64,000 bases of DNA from Promethearchaeota archaeon (GCA_030599585.1 JAUVNS010000013.1:69782-133781), one strand, 5' to 3'; shown: positions 30,054 through 40,134, counted from the first letter of the stretch. The notes: a model not told the origin generated them from the letters alone. Numbers and translations: made by a program.

Positions 30054-30261
30054 AATAATCCAATTTGTTTTCCTTTAATTAATTCCCACTAAAAATCGTT
30101 ATTATGATTAATTTGTGGGTTGACTATTTAAACTTTTACGGTGTAAAAACAGCACATTTACCGGTACTAATTAAACTAAACATATAGAAGATTATGCGAT
30201 TTTATTAATCTTCTAAGCAAAAAGGAAGCCTATAAAGGCTATAAAATGAAGTTTACACCGT

Positions 30262-30639
30262 TCAAAAAACTAAGTCGTTTCCTTCTATCTTGCACTCTAA
30301 CAACGACCTGAGGATAAGGATTTCAACTTCTCTTCTTAAAACTTGCTCGTCTAACCTTACATTTTCTTGTTTATCTAAAATTTCATTTAAGTCAATAAAT
30401 GATATTGACATTTGTTTTTGAGAAATTTTCTTAACAACGCTCAAAACTCTTTGTTGATTGTAAAGCGACTGCGAATTTGAAATAAATTGATATAATTTAT
30501 GAGTAAGATTATAGTCAAAATTTCCCGCTTTATCAGCTTCTTTCAATTTATTTAATATAACAAGAGCGTCTAAATACTTCTCGTTTCTCATTAGCTCTTT
30601 AGCGTCGTTTAAATCTCTTACGAAATCGTTCGCGTCCAT
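30262..30639 (-). CDS. Small helical protein with PCI-like winged-helix C-terminus
   Basis: N-terminal TPR-like helix pair; C-terminal SISFIDL..EVEILILRSLLECKIEGNDLVF. Confidence 0.5.
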   Translation of the reverse strand: MDANDFVRDLNDAKELMRNEKYLDALVILNKLKEADKAGNFDYNLTHKLYQFISNSQSLYNQQRVLSVVKKISQKQMSISFIDLNEILDKQENVRLDEQVLRREVEILILRSLLECKIEGNDLVF

Positions 30640-30880
30640 TTCATTATATACCTTTCAAATTACTTTTTCCTTGAGATCATCTAAAGATATTCTAAATAAG
30701 AGTTTTTAGGTTAATTTTAATAAATCGAGAATGCATCTTTTTTTTTATAGTAATTTTCTTTAAAACATCGTTTAGAATTAACCAATTTGAATTAATATTC
30801 ATATTTTAAAGAGCTTGGCTTTATATACATTAAACAATTTAACTATATTAAGATTTAAAAAATATTTTAAAGGATTTATA

Positions 30881-31111
30881 ATGGTCGATAAAGAAAAAGT
30901 AAAAGAAGTTTTAGAAAAGATAAGACCCCAACTCCAAATGGACGGTGGCGATGTTGAATTAGTGGAAATTACCGATGATGGTATTGTTAAAGTGAGATTA
31001 CAAGGGCATTGCGCGGGATGTGCTCACGCACAACAAACCTTACAATTTGGGATCGAGCGAGCTATCAAACAATTTGTGCCTGAAGTTATTCGGGTAGAAA
31101 ATGTCGCTTAA
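30881..31111 (+). CDS. NifU-C/NfuA-type Fe-S cluster carrier
   Basis: IRPQLQMDGGDVELV, GHCAGC; ATG at 30881. Confidence 0.93.
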   Translation: MVDKEKVKEVLEKIRPQLQMDGGDVELVEITDDGIVKVRLQGHCAGCAHAQQTLQFGIERAIKQFVPEVIRVENVA

Positions 31112-31199
31112 AGCAACACACCAAAATTATTAGGAGAACCCTAATAAGAAAGTTTTTTTTAACTATTTTTTTTAATTTGGTTTATAATAATAGGAGATT

Positions 31200-32036
31200 T
31201 TAAGGAAGCCCTGCTCCCGGAATGTCGACTTCAACGAATTCAATTTTACCAGCGTCTCTTGTGTGCTTTGATGTTGCGATAAAAAGAGTTTTACGATCTG
31301 GTCCACCTAACATGCAGGCATAGGCATCATTTTCTACTCTTACTATATGTGTAATTTTTCCCCCCTCTAGAACACGCGCAACTCTTTGACGTCCAGGAGC
31401 GGCTAGCCAAATGCCTCCTTCTGCATCTAAACATATACCATCTGGAGCTAGGGATTTTAGGTTAGCCCAAACGCGCCGTCCTGTAAGCGAACCATCTTCC
31501 ATAATATCAAATGCCGTTAACTTTGCAGCAATTGTTTCTGCTATTATAAGAGTTTTATCATCTGGTGTAATAACAGTTCCATTAGGAAAAGCCATATTAT
31601 CTGCTACGACCTTCGCATCTCCATTTGGATATACGAGGATGAGTTTTGTGGGAGCAAACGGTTTATCGTTAAGATAGTCGAATCCAAAGTTGCCAACATA
31701 TGCTCGACCTTTTTTATCTACCACCATATCATTCATTAAGACTGGTCCGAACTCGTTAAAATCTGCAACCATATTAACTCCTTCAGGATCAAGTCGTAAT
31801 AAGCGATTATCATCCATCGATACCACCAATAATTTATTATCAGGAAGCCAGCCTAATCCTGAAACTCGGCCAGAGATTTCGAGAATTGTTTCAGTGTTTC
31901 CGTTTAAATCGGCTGTCATTACTTTATAGTCTTCCATATCAACAAACCAAAGTTTATCCTCGTGCCACCTTGGACTTTCGGGAAATTTCAACCCTTCAAG
32001 TAATACTTCTGTTTTAAGAGTTATTCTTTTGCTCAT
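31200..32036 (-). CDS. SMP-30/gluconolactonase/LRE family protein
   Basis: FPESPRW, NDMVVD..G, FPNG, PDGICLDAEG. Confidence 0.92.
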   Translation of the reverse strand: MSKRITLKTEVLLEGLKFPESPRWHEDKLWFVDMEDYKVMTADLNGNTETILEISGRVSGLGWLPDNKLLVVSMDDNRLLRLDPEGVNMVADFNEFGPVLMNDMVVDKKGRAYVGNFGFDYLNDKPFAPTKLILVYPNGDAKVVADNMAFPNGTVITPDDKTLIIAETIAAKLTAFDIMEDGSLTGRRVWANLKSLAPDGICLDAEGGIWLAAPGRQRVARVLEGGKITHIVRVENDAYACMLGGPDRKTLFIATSKHTRDAGKIEFVEVDIPGAGLP

Positions 32037-32130
32037 TATATTTATTAGGAAAGGAATCAATTTCAAAAAGTTAATTATTCTTTATGAATTATTAAGAAAT
32101 TAATAAACGCATTAAGTTATTGAAAATAAT

Positions 32131-33420
32131 ATGAACGAAAAAGAACAAGAAAAAAGCGAACCAACTGGAGAAGTAGATTACACGGAAGGGAGATCACGAC
32201 GCTCAAGATCACGACGCTCAAGAGCCCCTCGTAGAACACAAGGTCAAGCGTTACAAGAAGCCTTAGGGATCAGTCCGGAAGATCTTAAGGACATAGAAGG
32301 GAAATTATCCATTGTTAAATTTTTGGACTATTTTTCTGAAGAACCTCTAGATTTTGCCTTTAAGGAGCGTACTATCAACCAGTATGTGAAGAAAATTACT
32401 GAAAAAATCGATAAATTTGAGTTCGGTGGAGAAGAAGATAAACTCTTAAAGAAAGGATTTGAGGATAAAAAAATCCTTGAAAACCTTAGCAAAATAAGAG
32501 TTAAAACTGAAGAACTAGCAATTAGCAAGGGAATAAATAGATCAGTGGATAAGAGATTACGTAGACTTAATTTAATTATTACGGGCCCATTATTAGGAGT
32601 AGCACTTTTGTTTTTCTTATTACCAATTTTTGGAATTAATATTGACTCTTTTCTTATGCTTCCATTAATTTGCGTATTTTGCATGGTTCCTCAATTCGTT
32701 AGAAATTCTGTAGTTAAAAAATGGTTTCAATTTAAGGGAGACACGAGAGATGAATTTTATATTCAAAACCGAGATGATGTTTTAGTTATAAAAAGTTATA
32801 TAGCTGAAGTTTTGGCTAACATCAGATCTCAACTACTAGAGTTAGAAGTACCGTTGGAGTTGATAAAGTTCTCATTATTTACTCGAGATTACGAGAATTT
32901 AAATGTAATAAACCAGAAACAATTAAAAGGCATGATAGAATATTACGTTTCGTTTGCATATCCCGAAGGTATGGAACCATTTCCAATTCCCGAGAGTCTT
33001 CAACAACAGTATAACCAACCTGTTTTTCCAGAAAGAAAGAAACGCCAAAAAGCAGAGAAAAACTTTATCGTCTTGACTGAAATGAAAGGCAAAAATGGTG
33101 TAATTTGGAACTTCGTTCCAAGCTTAAAGGATAACCAGGCTGACAATATTAATCAAATGTTAAGCGATTCAAAATTTTCAGAGGCCGACTTAGGATTTAG
33201 CGAGATTATTCCAAATTATCCAACCGACAATGCAATTTATTGCTTATGCGGGGAAATTATTGAAATTAGTACCATAAATATTTGTCGTTGGAAGGATTCA
33301 TTCAACTTCTACTTATTTGAGGGAACTCAATGTAAATGTGGAGATAAAATCTACGCAATCTCTTTGATGGATGATGGAGATGAAGTTCCTGAAGAATTAC
33401 AGGAGATTTTTTTAAGTTAA
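32131..33420 (+). CDS. Hypothetical 2-TM membrane protein with RS-rich N-terminus and C-terminal Cys-pair (Zn?) domain
   Basis: RSRRSRSRRSR; two hydrophobic helices; CLCG...CKCG. Confidence 0.7.
   Translation: MNEKEQEKSEPTGEVDYTEGRSRRSRSRRSRAPRRTQGQALQEALGISPEDLKDIEGKLSIVKFLDYFSEEPLDFAFKERTINQYVKKITEKIDKFEFGGEEDKLLKKGFEDKKILENLSKIRVKTEELAISKGINRSVDKRLRRLNLIITGPLLGVALLFFLLPIFGINIDSFLMLPLICVFCMVPQFVRNSVVKKWFQFKGDTRDEFYIQNRDDVLVIKSYIAEVLANIRSQLLELEVPLELIKFSLFTRDYENLNVINQKQLKGMIEYYVSFAYPEGMEPFPIPESLQQQYNQPVFPERKKRQKAEKNFIVLTEMKGKNGVIWNFVPSLKDNQADNINQMLSDSKFSEADLGFSEIIPNYPTDNAIYCLCGEIIEISTINICRWKDSFNFYLFEGTQCKCGDKIYAISLMDDGDEVPEELQEIFLS
32191..32223 (+). repeat. 15-bp tandem duplication encoding RSRRS
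   Basis: agatcacgacgctca twice, plus aga. Confidence 0.9.
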
Positions 33421-33422
33421 TT

Positions 33423-34775
33423 CTAATTTCTTTTTTTAATTTTTGAGTAGTAATCATAGAGGAGTTTGTAACCTCGAACAGCTCTCTCAATTTCGTTTTC
33501 AAATACAGGAATTTTGAGTTCAGTTGCAGATTTAATAACTCTCTTTGCCCCTTCTTTTTCCGCTTGAATCAGAATTGTAATTACTGGTTTATTAGGGTAG
33601 GTTTCAAGGATTGAAGAGTAAATGTTAAAATCAAATTCGATCTCAGTAAAAAACTCTAGGGCTAAAATTAAACCATCTACCGCGTTATCTCTCAAAAGTG
33701 CTTCTGAAGCAGTGTTATAGATACCGCAAATTTTAATTCCAACAAATTTTTCAGGTGGCCAATAATCTACCGGGTTTCCGAAATTACATGTTGACCCTCC
33801 AACCTTATCAAAAATAATATCCCGTGAATTTTCACCAGGTTTAGCTAAAGCCAATCCTTGCTTTCGCATTTCTTTTATGATTAAATGAATTGCTCCTGAA
33901 CTCGGCCCAATAATTCCTAGATTAACACCTTTTGGCTCGGGACACCATAAAAATATTTTTGCAAGTTCAAAAAGTTCAATGTAGTTTAACACTAGTATCC
34001 CCCCTGCTTCCTTTAATTTCTCTTCTTGATCTTCTTCTTTTCCCACGTAAAAAAATAGGATAGGTTTAATTGGGCTGACATTCTTGACCGCCTCAATTAA
34101 TTCGTCAGAAATTTCTCTTAAAAAAAGGGAAATTACTTTTGTTGTATCATCGTATAAGAAATACTCAAGTACATCAGCTTCATTAATATGAAATCCTTTT
34201 CCTAAATGAATCACCTTTGAAATTGGTAATTTTTGTGAAGGTGTCCACCATCCCATTGCGCCTGCTAAACCGCCAGATTGAGCAATAAAGCATATCCCCT
34301 CTTTTACGTTTTTGTTTCCTCGCATAATATGCTGTCGTACAGGGATAATTGATGTTGTAAAGTTATCACTAAAGTTGATTATTCCTAGCATAGACGGTCC
34401 TAAATATGTAATACCATATTTTATACACATCTGATGTAGTTTGAAAGTTAAATCGTTTATTTCTGCCCCTGGTTTTAATTCGGTTTGAATTGCAACATAT
34501 TTAACGCCGATTTTTCCTAGATTTTCAACCACTTCAAGAATATTCTTTCCTAGGACTATTACAGCTAGCTCTGGAATTTCGGGTAATTCCTCAAAAGAAT
34601 GATATGATTTAACACCTAAAATATCATTAGCATTGGGGTTTAGGATGTAAAGTTTTCCCTTATAAAAGATTTCTAAGAGATTTTTTAGCACTGTAAAACT
34701 GAATGAGAGTGCTTGCCTTGAAACTCCTACTATTAGGACGCTTTTTGGATTGAAAAACGGTTGTAAATCTTTCAA
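33423..34775 (-). CDS. ADP-forming acyl-CoA synthetase alpha-subunit-like protein lacking the phospho-His loop
   Basis: FFNPKSVLIVGVS, LGPSMLG, FIAQSGG, SSGA, NPVD; no SHTG motif. Confidence 0.8.
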   Translation of the reverse strand: MKDLQPFFNPKSVLIVGVSRQALSFSFTVLKNLLEIFYKGKLYILNPNANDILGVKSYHSFEELPEIPELAVIVLGKNILEVVENLGKIGVKYVAIQTELKPGAEINDLTFKLHQMCIKYGITYLGPSMLGIINFSDNFTTSIIPVRQHIMRGNKNVKEGICFIAQSGGLAGAMGWWTPSQKLPISKVIHLGKGFHINEADVLEYFLYDDTTKVISLFLREISDELIEAVKNVSPIKPILFFYVGKEEDQEEKLKEAGGILVLNYIELFELAKIFLWCPEPKGVNLGIIGPSSGAIHLIIKEMRKQGLALAKPGENSRDIIFDKVGGSTCNFGNPVDYWPPEKFVGIKICGIYNTASEALLRDNAVDGLILALEFFTEIEFDFNIYSSILETYPNKPVITILIQAEKEGAKRVIKSATELKIPVFENEIERAVRGYKLLYDYYSKIKKRN

Positions 34776-34864
34776 TGTTTATTTATCTTGACAGAATATT
34801 TCTAATTATAGATAGGAGAGATTAAGTCGTTAAAAATTTGATGTTTATTTTTTAAATTGTCGCG

Positions 34865-35872
34865 TTATTTCTTCAGAGAATATGCATCGAGTACAAACTC
34901 CACAGCTCTTTTCCCATCTTCAAAATTAGGGTTTTCTTGGGTTTTTCTTTTGATACATTCAATAAAATGATCGGTTAAAACATATTGAGCGATATCTCCG
35001 GATGGTTTGTATTCTATAAGGCTTTGGAGATATTCGTTCTTTTTTAACTTTCGAGGACTATAAGAAACAAAATTCCTATTAGTTAAATCCAGCGTAATAT
35101 ACCCTTTGGTGCCAAAAACATCGACCGTTTCAAGGGGTTCATTACACCAAGAAGCGGTTATAAAGCCTAAAGCGTTGTTCTTAAACTTAAAAAGAACATT
35201 GCAATTATCTTCGTCTTGCATATTTATACAAGAGGTGTTAAAATTTATACCATTTACTATATCGTATTCTCCTATTAAGTATCGTAAGATATCAATGCAG
35301 TGGACACCTAAATCTAATAGAACTCCACCTCCAGCCTTTTTGGAGTCAAAAAACCATTTCTCTTCAGAAACTGCTTGCCAGGACTTATAGGGTCCATAAT
35401 GACTAAAGTAATACCTCACCGAGACTATTTTACCAAGAACGTCATTCTTTATTATATCCTTAAGAAGTTTAAAAACGGGATTATATCGTTTTTGGAAGGA
35501 TGTAAAGAAGATGATATTTTTATTTTTTAATTTCTCCTCGATTTGGGTTAATTCTTCTCGAGATATAGCGATTGGTTTTTCGCATAAAATATTACAATCA
35601 TTCTCAATGGCCTTTAACACGATGGGAGCATGCAAATAGTTTGGAGTGCAAATGCTTACGATATCTAATTCTTCCTTATCTAACAAGTTTTTCCAATTAT
35701 TTCCACCAACATACACATTGGGAATATTAAATCTCTCAGATACCACCTTCGCATGTTCCGCGGTTCTGGAAGCGATTGCTACTATTTCACAATTAGGATT
35801 TTTGGAATAACCCATTAAATGAATTGTCCCAAAAGCACCAGCACCAATTAATCCAACTCTTAATTTTGTAAT
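34865..35872 (-). CDS. Gfo/Idh/MocA family oxidoreductase
   Basis: ICTPNYLH, CEKP, GGGVLLDLGVHCID. The Rossmann motif KLRVGLIGAGAFG lies in frame upstream of the ORF-track ATG; start placed at ATT 35872. Confidence 0.9.
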   Translation of the reverse strand: MTKLRVGLIGAGAFGTIHLMGYSKNPNCEIVAIASRTAEHAKVVSERFNIPNVYVGGNNWKNLLDKEELDIVSICTPNYLHAPIVLKAIENDCNILCEKPIAISREELTQIEEKLKNKNIIFFTSFQKRYNPVFKLLKDIIKNDVLGKIVSVRYYFSHYGPYKSWQAVSEEKWFFDSKKAGGGVLLDLGVHCIDILRYLIGEYDIVNGINFNTSCINMQDEDNCNVLFKFKNNALGFITASWCNEPLETVDVFGTKGYITLDLTNRNFVSYSPRKLKKNEYLQSLIEYKPSGDIAQYVLTDHFIECIKRKTQENPNFEDGKRAVEFVLDAYSLKK

Positions 35873-35995
35873 ACACTACCACCTACTTGTAGTTTAAGGT
35901 ACTATTATTAAATTGGTTTGTTTGTTAAAAAATGTTTAACACAACCATTAAATGGAATTAAAAAAGAGAAAAGCGAAAATAAGTAAAATGGTGAT

Positions 35996-36622
35996 TTAAG
36001 CTACTGCAAATTCGAACATCGGAATTTCGCGTCGTTTTTTATCGTCGTATAGAGGTAAACCAGATTGTTTAAATATCTCAGGAGTTTTGTATCTAGTAAT
36101 AACAGTACTACATGGGCTCGAAATTTTCATTGAAGCTATTCTTAATCGATCTCTTACGACAGCTAAATTTTTTAAGCTCACACCAACGTCGCAGACGACC
36201 GCTCCTGCTCTTACTCGAGCACAAACCCCTGTAGACCTTCCAAAAGAGCGCCTCATGCCGCTCTGAACTCGATCAGCTCCAGCAAAGGCCAACATCCTAT
36301 TCTCTCGATATTTTTGAAAAGGTTTGGGTCTTACTCTAAACCGATAATTTGATCTTCCTATTTTATTCTGTAAAGGACTGTTTATTGTTATACGGATTGC
36401 TTCCAGACTATTTGAAGAGATTTGGATTTGCCTATCTACCTTTAAAGAAACTACAAGCTCCCAATCCTCCCATGGAACTTCTTTATTTCCTCCCCAGAAG
36501 CGAACTATTTTACTTTGAGCGCCTCCTCTTGCATATTCTCTCCTATGATTGGCACTTCGTTTATGCTGATACGGTCTTCTACTCCATGAGGAGTAACAAT
36601 GCCACGGTCTATTTTTGGCCAT
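35996..36622 (-). CDS. rpl10e: 50S ribosomal protein uL16 (L10e)
   Basis: RPWHCY, LEAIRI, RENRMLAFAGADRVQSGMRRSFG. Confidence 0.95.
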   Translation of the reverse strand: MAKNRPWHCYSSWSRRPYQHKRSANHRREYARGGAQSKIVRFWGGNKEVPWEDWELVVSLKVDRQIQISSNSLEAIRITINSPLQNKIGRSNYRFRVRPKPFQKYRENRMLAFAGADRVQSGMRRSFGRSTGVCARVRAGAVVCDVGVSLKNLAVVRDRLRIASMKISSPCSTVITRYKTPEIFKQSGLPLYDDKKRREIPMFEFAVA

Positions 36623-36736
36623 AATTAAATCACTTTATAAAGCACTATTTACAATTAATAAGAATTAAAATTATAATATGTTATTAAATTCAATCTATGA
36701 AGAATAATTAAAAAATTTTATTAAAATACAGTTAAA

Positions 36737-37873
36737 ATGATTGATAATTACACTTCTTTTGTTAAGAAGACGGAGATTTTATGTAATGGTTTATTTTTAG
36801 ACGAACAATTGATTGATCACTATAAATCTCAAGGAATTGAGATATCGTACGGTCGTAAGGGAGGTGCGGGGCCAATAGGTGGGAGATATTTTCTCTTTGA
36901 GAATCAAGCAATTGTAAATGCTGCTCTGTGGAATGATCCTTCAAAGTCGGATCTTGTTGTTCGGGAAAATGAGGATGGATATTTCTTAATTTATGATGTT
37001 AAAAATAAATCCGAACATAGTAGGTTGAAATTGGTTCAAAATCCAACGTTTTACAATCCGGAGTTCGTTACTACTGACGGAATTCCGATGAAAAAAATTG
37101 CCTTAGTTCACGGGATAGACTGTTTATCAAGTACTATTTACCAAAAGTGTGTGTATCACGGATGCGGAGAAGGTTGTAAATTCTGCGCTATCGAGTTAAG
37201 CTTGGAGAATGGAGCAACAATTGAAGAAAAAAATTCAAAGCAAATGTCTGAAGTGATTACAGCTGCGAAAAAGGAAGGAAGATGTAATCATATGACTTTA
37301 ACGAGTGGTACAGACGAAGCGATTGATAAAGGGGCAATAAGATATATTGAACTTTTAAAAGGCGTTAAAGAAAACTTTCCTAAACTCCCTCTCCACGTTC
37401 AAATTGAGCCTTTAGAAGATATTACATATATTGATGAGTTGAAAGACGCAGGTGCGAATACAATTGGAATTCATCTTGAAGTTCTCGATCAAAATCTAAG
37501 AAATACTGTTACTCCAGGTAAATCTCGCATAACCTATGAATCATACGAAAAAAATTGGAAGCATGCACTTGATGTTTTTGGAAAAAATCAAGTTTCCTCC
37601 TATCTCTTAACCGGTTTTGGTGAATCTCCAGAAGATTTCATCTCAGATGCAGAAAAAATAATCTCTTTAGGCGTAATTCCATATATCACTCCAGTCAGAT
37701 CAATTCCGGGATTGGAAAAGATGTCTACGATTACATCAGGTATAATGGTAGAAATATACACAAAAGCAGCTAAATTAATGAAAGAATACGGAGTTAACCC
37801 TTTGAAAAGTAAAGCGGGCTGCGTTCGATGTGGTGGTTGTTCTGCTATAAACGACGCATACAAAAGCATATGA
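36737..37873 (+). CDS. Radical SAM protein, MSMEG_0568-like family
   Basis: RKGGAGP, KIALVHG, C-x8-C-x2-C (CVYHGCGEGCKFC), C-terminal KAGCVRCGGCS. Confidence 0.8.
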   Translation: MIDNYTSFVKKTEILCNGLFLDEQLIDHYKSQGIEISYGRKGGAGPIGGRYFLFENQAIVNAALWNDPSKSDLVVRENEDGYFLIYDVKNKSEHSRLKLVQNPTFYNPEFVTTDGIPMKKIALVHGIDCLSSTIYQKCVYHGCGEGCKFCAIELSLENGATIEEKNSKQMSEVITAAKKEGRCNHMTLTSGTDEAIDKGAIRYIELLKGVKENFPKLPLHVQIEPLEDITYIDELKDAGANTIGIHLEVLDQNLRNTVTPGKSRITYESYEKNWKHALDVFGKNQVSSYLLTGFGESPEDFISDAEKIISLGVIPYITPVRSIPGLEKMSTITSGIMVEIYTKAAKLMKEYGVNPLKSKAGCVRCGGCSAINDAYKSI

Positions 37874-38077
37874 TTTTCTAGAGTAGATAATCCGATAGAC
37901 TCCCTTCAACGATAATTCCTTTTTGACAAACATTTCTATTAGAAGAAATCGCACGCTATATCTAACAAAGAGTTATTATAATAAGAATTAATACATTTGA
38001 ATTCTTATCAAAAACTAGGTTAATTAAGTTAATATTGTTATATTCCTGTTTAAATTTGTTAGGAAGGAGATATTATT

Positions 38078-39712
38078 ATGACTGAAATTGATGAAAGTAA
38101 AACCCTAAAACCGACCAAAAATGAGAGACGCGAAAAATTTACAAATCTATCCGATATAGAAATTAAAGCTCTTTACACGCCAGAGGATATAGTGGATTTT
38201 AATTACGATAAGGACTTAGGAACACCCGGTAAATTCCCCTTTACTCGTGGAGCTTATCCTAATATGTATCGGGGTCGATTGTGGACTATGCGACAATTTG
38301 CTGGATTTGGGACGGCTGCACAAACGAATATAAGATATAAATTCTTATTAGAACACGGTACAACGGGTTTGAGCGTTGCTTTTAGTTTACATACAATTTA
38401 TGGTTATCAAGCTGATGATGATGAAGCATTAGGCGAGGTGGGGAAGGAAGGTGTTTCGATTGACACTTTAAAAGACATGGAGACATTATTCAGCGGAATT
38501 GATTTGTCTAAGATTTCTACCTCCATGACGATTAACGCTCCTGCAGCAATATTACTTGCGATGTATATAGTTGCAGCAGAAAAACAAGGACATTCTGCAG
38601 ATAAATTAAGAGGAACAATTCAAAATGACATCCTAAAGGAATATATTGCCCAAAAATCCTGGGTATTTCCACCTGAACCATCCATGAGATTAATTATAGA
38701 TACGATTGAATATTGTGCTAAGAACGTCCCCCAGTGGTATACAATATCAATTTCGGGATATCATATAAGAGAAGCAGGTTCAACCGCAGTCCAAGAGCTC
38801 GCTTTTACTTTAGCCGATGGTTTTGCATATGTGGAAGCAGCGATGAAAAGAGGTTTAGATGTTGATGATTTTGCTCCTAGGCTTTCTTTCTTCTTTAATT
38901 CTCATAATAATTTTTTTGAAGAAGTTTGTAAATATAGAGCTGCGAGGAGAATCTGGGCTAAGAGACTGAAAAATAAATTTGGTGCAAAAAAAGCAGAATC
39001 AATGAGGTTACGCTTTCACACCCAAACTGCGGGAGTATCGTTAAGCGCTCAAGAGCCAGAAAACAATATTGCGAGAGTTACGATCCAAGGTTTAGCAGCA
39101 GTTTTAGGAGGGACTCAATCTCTTCATACTAATTCGTTTGACGAGGCATTGTGCTTACCAACCGAAAAAGCAGTTAAAATTGCTTTACGAACGCAACAGA
39201 TTATTGCTCACGAATCAGGTGCTGCCGATACAGTAGATCCACTTGCTGGATCTTATTATGTAGAATGGCTAACAAATAAAATGGAAGAGGAAGCAGAATT
39301 GTATTTTGAAAAGATCGAAGCTTTAGGTGGTGTGATTCCAGCAATTAAAGCAAATTTCTTTCAAAAAGAGATTGCAAATGCATCGTACAAATACCAAAGA
39401 GAAGTTGAAGCGAGAGAGCGAACGATTGTTGGAGTAAACGATGTTCAAATAAGAGAACCTTGCGCAACGCCCTTACTAAAAATAGACGAAGATGTTGCGA
39501 GAGAACAGATTGAAAATTTACAGCGTTTAAGAGATCAAAGGAGTAACGAGAATGTTCAAGCGAAATTGAATGCTTTAACAGAAGCTGCAAAGAGTACCGA
39601 AAACTTAATGCCTTTTATAATGGATGCAATAAGAGAATATGCCTCAATAGGAGAGGTTATGGCTGCTCTTAAAGAGGTTTTTGGAGTATATAGAGAAGAT
39701 TCAATTTTTTAA
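38078..39712 (+). CDS. Methylmalonyl-CoA mutase, substrate-binding (large) subunit
   Basis: PFTRG.YP.MY, WTMRQFAGF, GTIQNDILKEY, ISISGYHIREAG, QSLHTN. Confidence 0.95.
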   Translation: MTEIDESKTLKPTKNERREKFTNLSDIEIKALYTPEDIVDFNYDKDLGTPGKFPFTRGAYPNMYRGRLWTMRQFAGFGTAAQTNIRYKFLLEHGTTGLSVAFSLHTIYGYQADDDEALGEVGKEGVSIDTLKDMETLFSGIDLSKISTSMTINAPAAILLAMYIVAAEKQGHSADKLRGTIQNDILKEYIAQKSWVFPPEPSMRLIIDTIEYCAKNVPQWYTISISGYHIREAGSTAVQELAFTLADGFAYVEAAMKRGLDVDDFAPRLSFFFNSHNNFFEEVCKYRAARRIWAKRLKNKFGAKKAESMRLRFHTQTAGVSLSAQEPENNIARVTIQGLAAVLGGTQSLHTNSFDEALCLPTEKAVKIALRTQQIIAHESGAADTVDPLAGSYYVEWLTNKMEEEAELYFEKIEALGGVIPAIKANFFQKEIANASYKYQREVEARERTIVGVNDVQIREPCATPLLKIDEDVAREQIENLQRLRDQRSNENVQAKLNALTEAAKSTENLMPFIMDAIREYASIGEVMAALKEVFGVYREDSIF

Positions 39713-39726
39713 ATGAGGATATTAAA

Positions 39727-40128
39727 ATGGGAGAACAAAGAAAGATTAAAGTATTAGTTTGCAAACCTGGGCTTGATGGCCACGATAGGGGAGCAAAAGT
39801 CATAGCACGAGCCCTTAGGGATGCGGGGATGGAGGTAATTTATACGGGACTTCATCAAACTCCAGACATGATTGTTCAAACAATTCTACAAGAGGACCCC
39901 GATGCTGTAGTGCTAAGTATGTTATCTGGCGCTCATAAAGCGTTGTGCCCCGTTATTATGGAAAAGCTGAAGGAAAAAGACATTGATGATGTTCTTGTAA
40001 GCGTAGGTGGAATCATACCTGACGAAGACAAACCATTTTTAGAAGAACATGGATTAAAAGGATTTTATGGCCCCGGAACCGAGCTCAAAACAATTGTGGA
40101 ATTTGTCAAAAACAATTTAAAAAGATAG
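39727..40128 (+). CDS. Methylmalonyl-CoA mutase cobalamin-binding (small) subunit
   Basis: KPGLDGHDRG (DxHxxG), SMLSGAH, GGIIP. Confidence 0.95.
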   Translation: MGEQRKIKVLVCKPGLDGHDRGAKVIARALRDAGMEVIYTGLHQTPDMIVQTILQEDPDAVVLSMLSGAHKALCPVIMEKLKEKDIDDVLVSVGGIIPDEDKPFLEEHGLKGFYGPGTELKTIVEFVKNNLKR

Positions 40129-40134
40129 TATATT

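Noticed and set aside
37874-38077. Cobalamin riboswitch upstream of the mutase operon
   Set aside because: No B12-box or conserved riboswitch core visible
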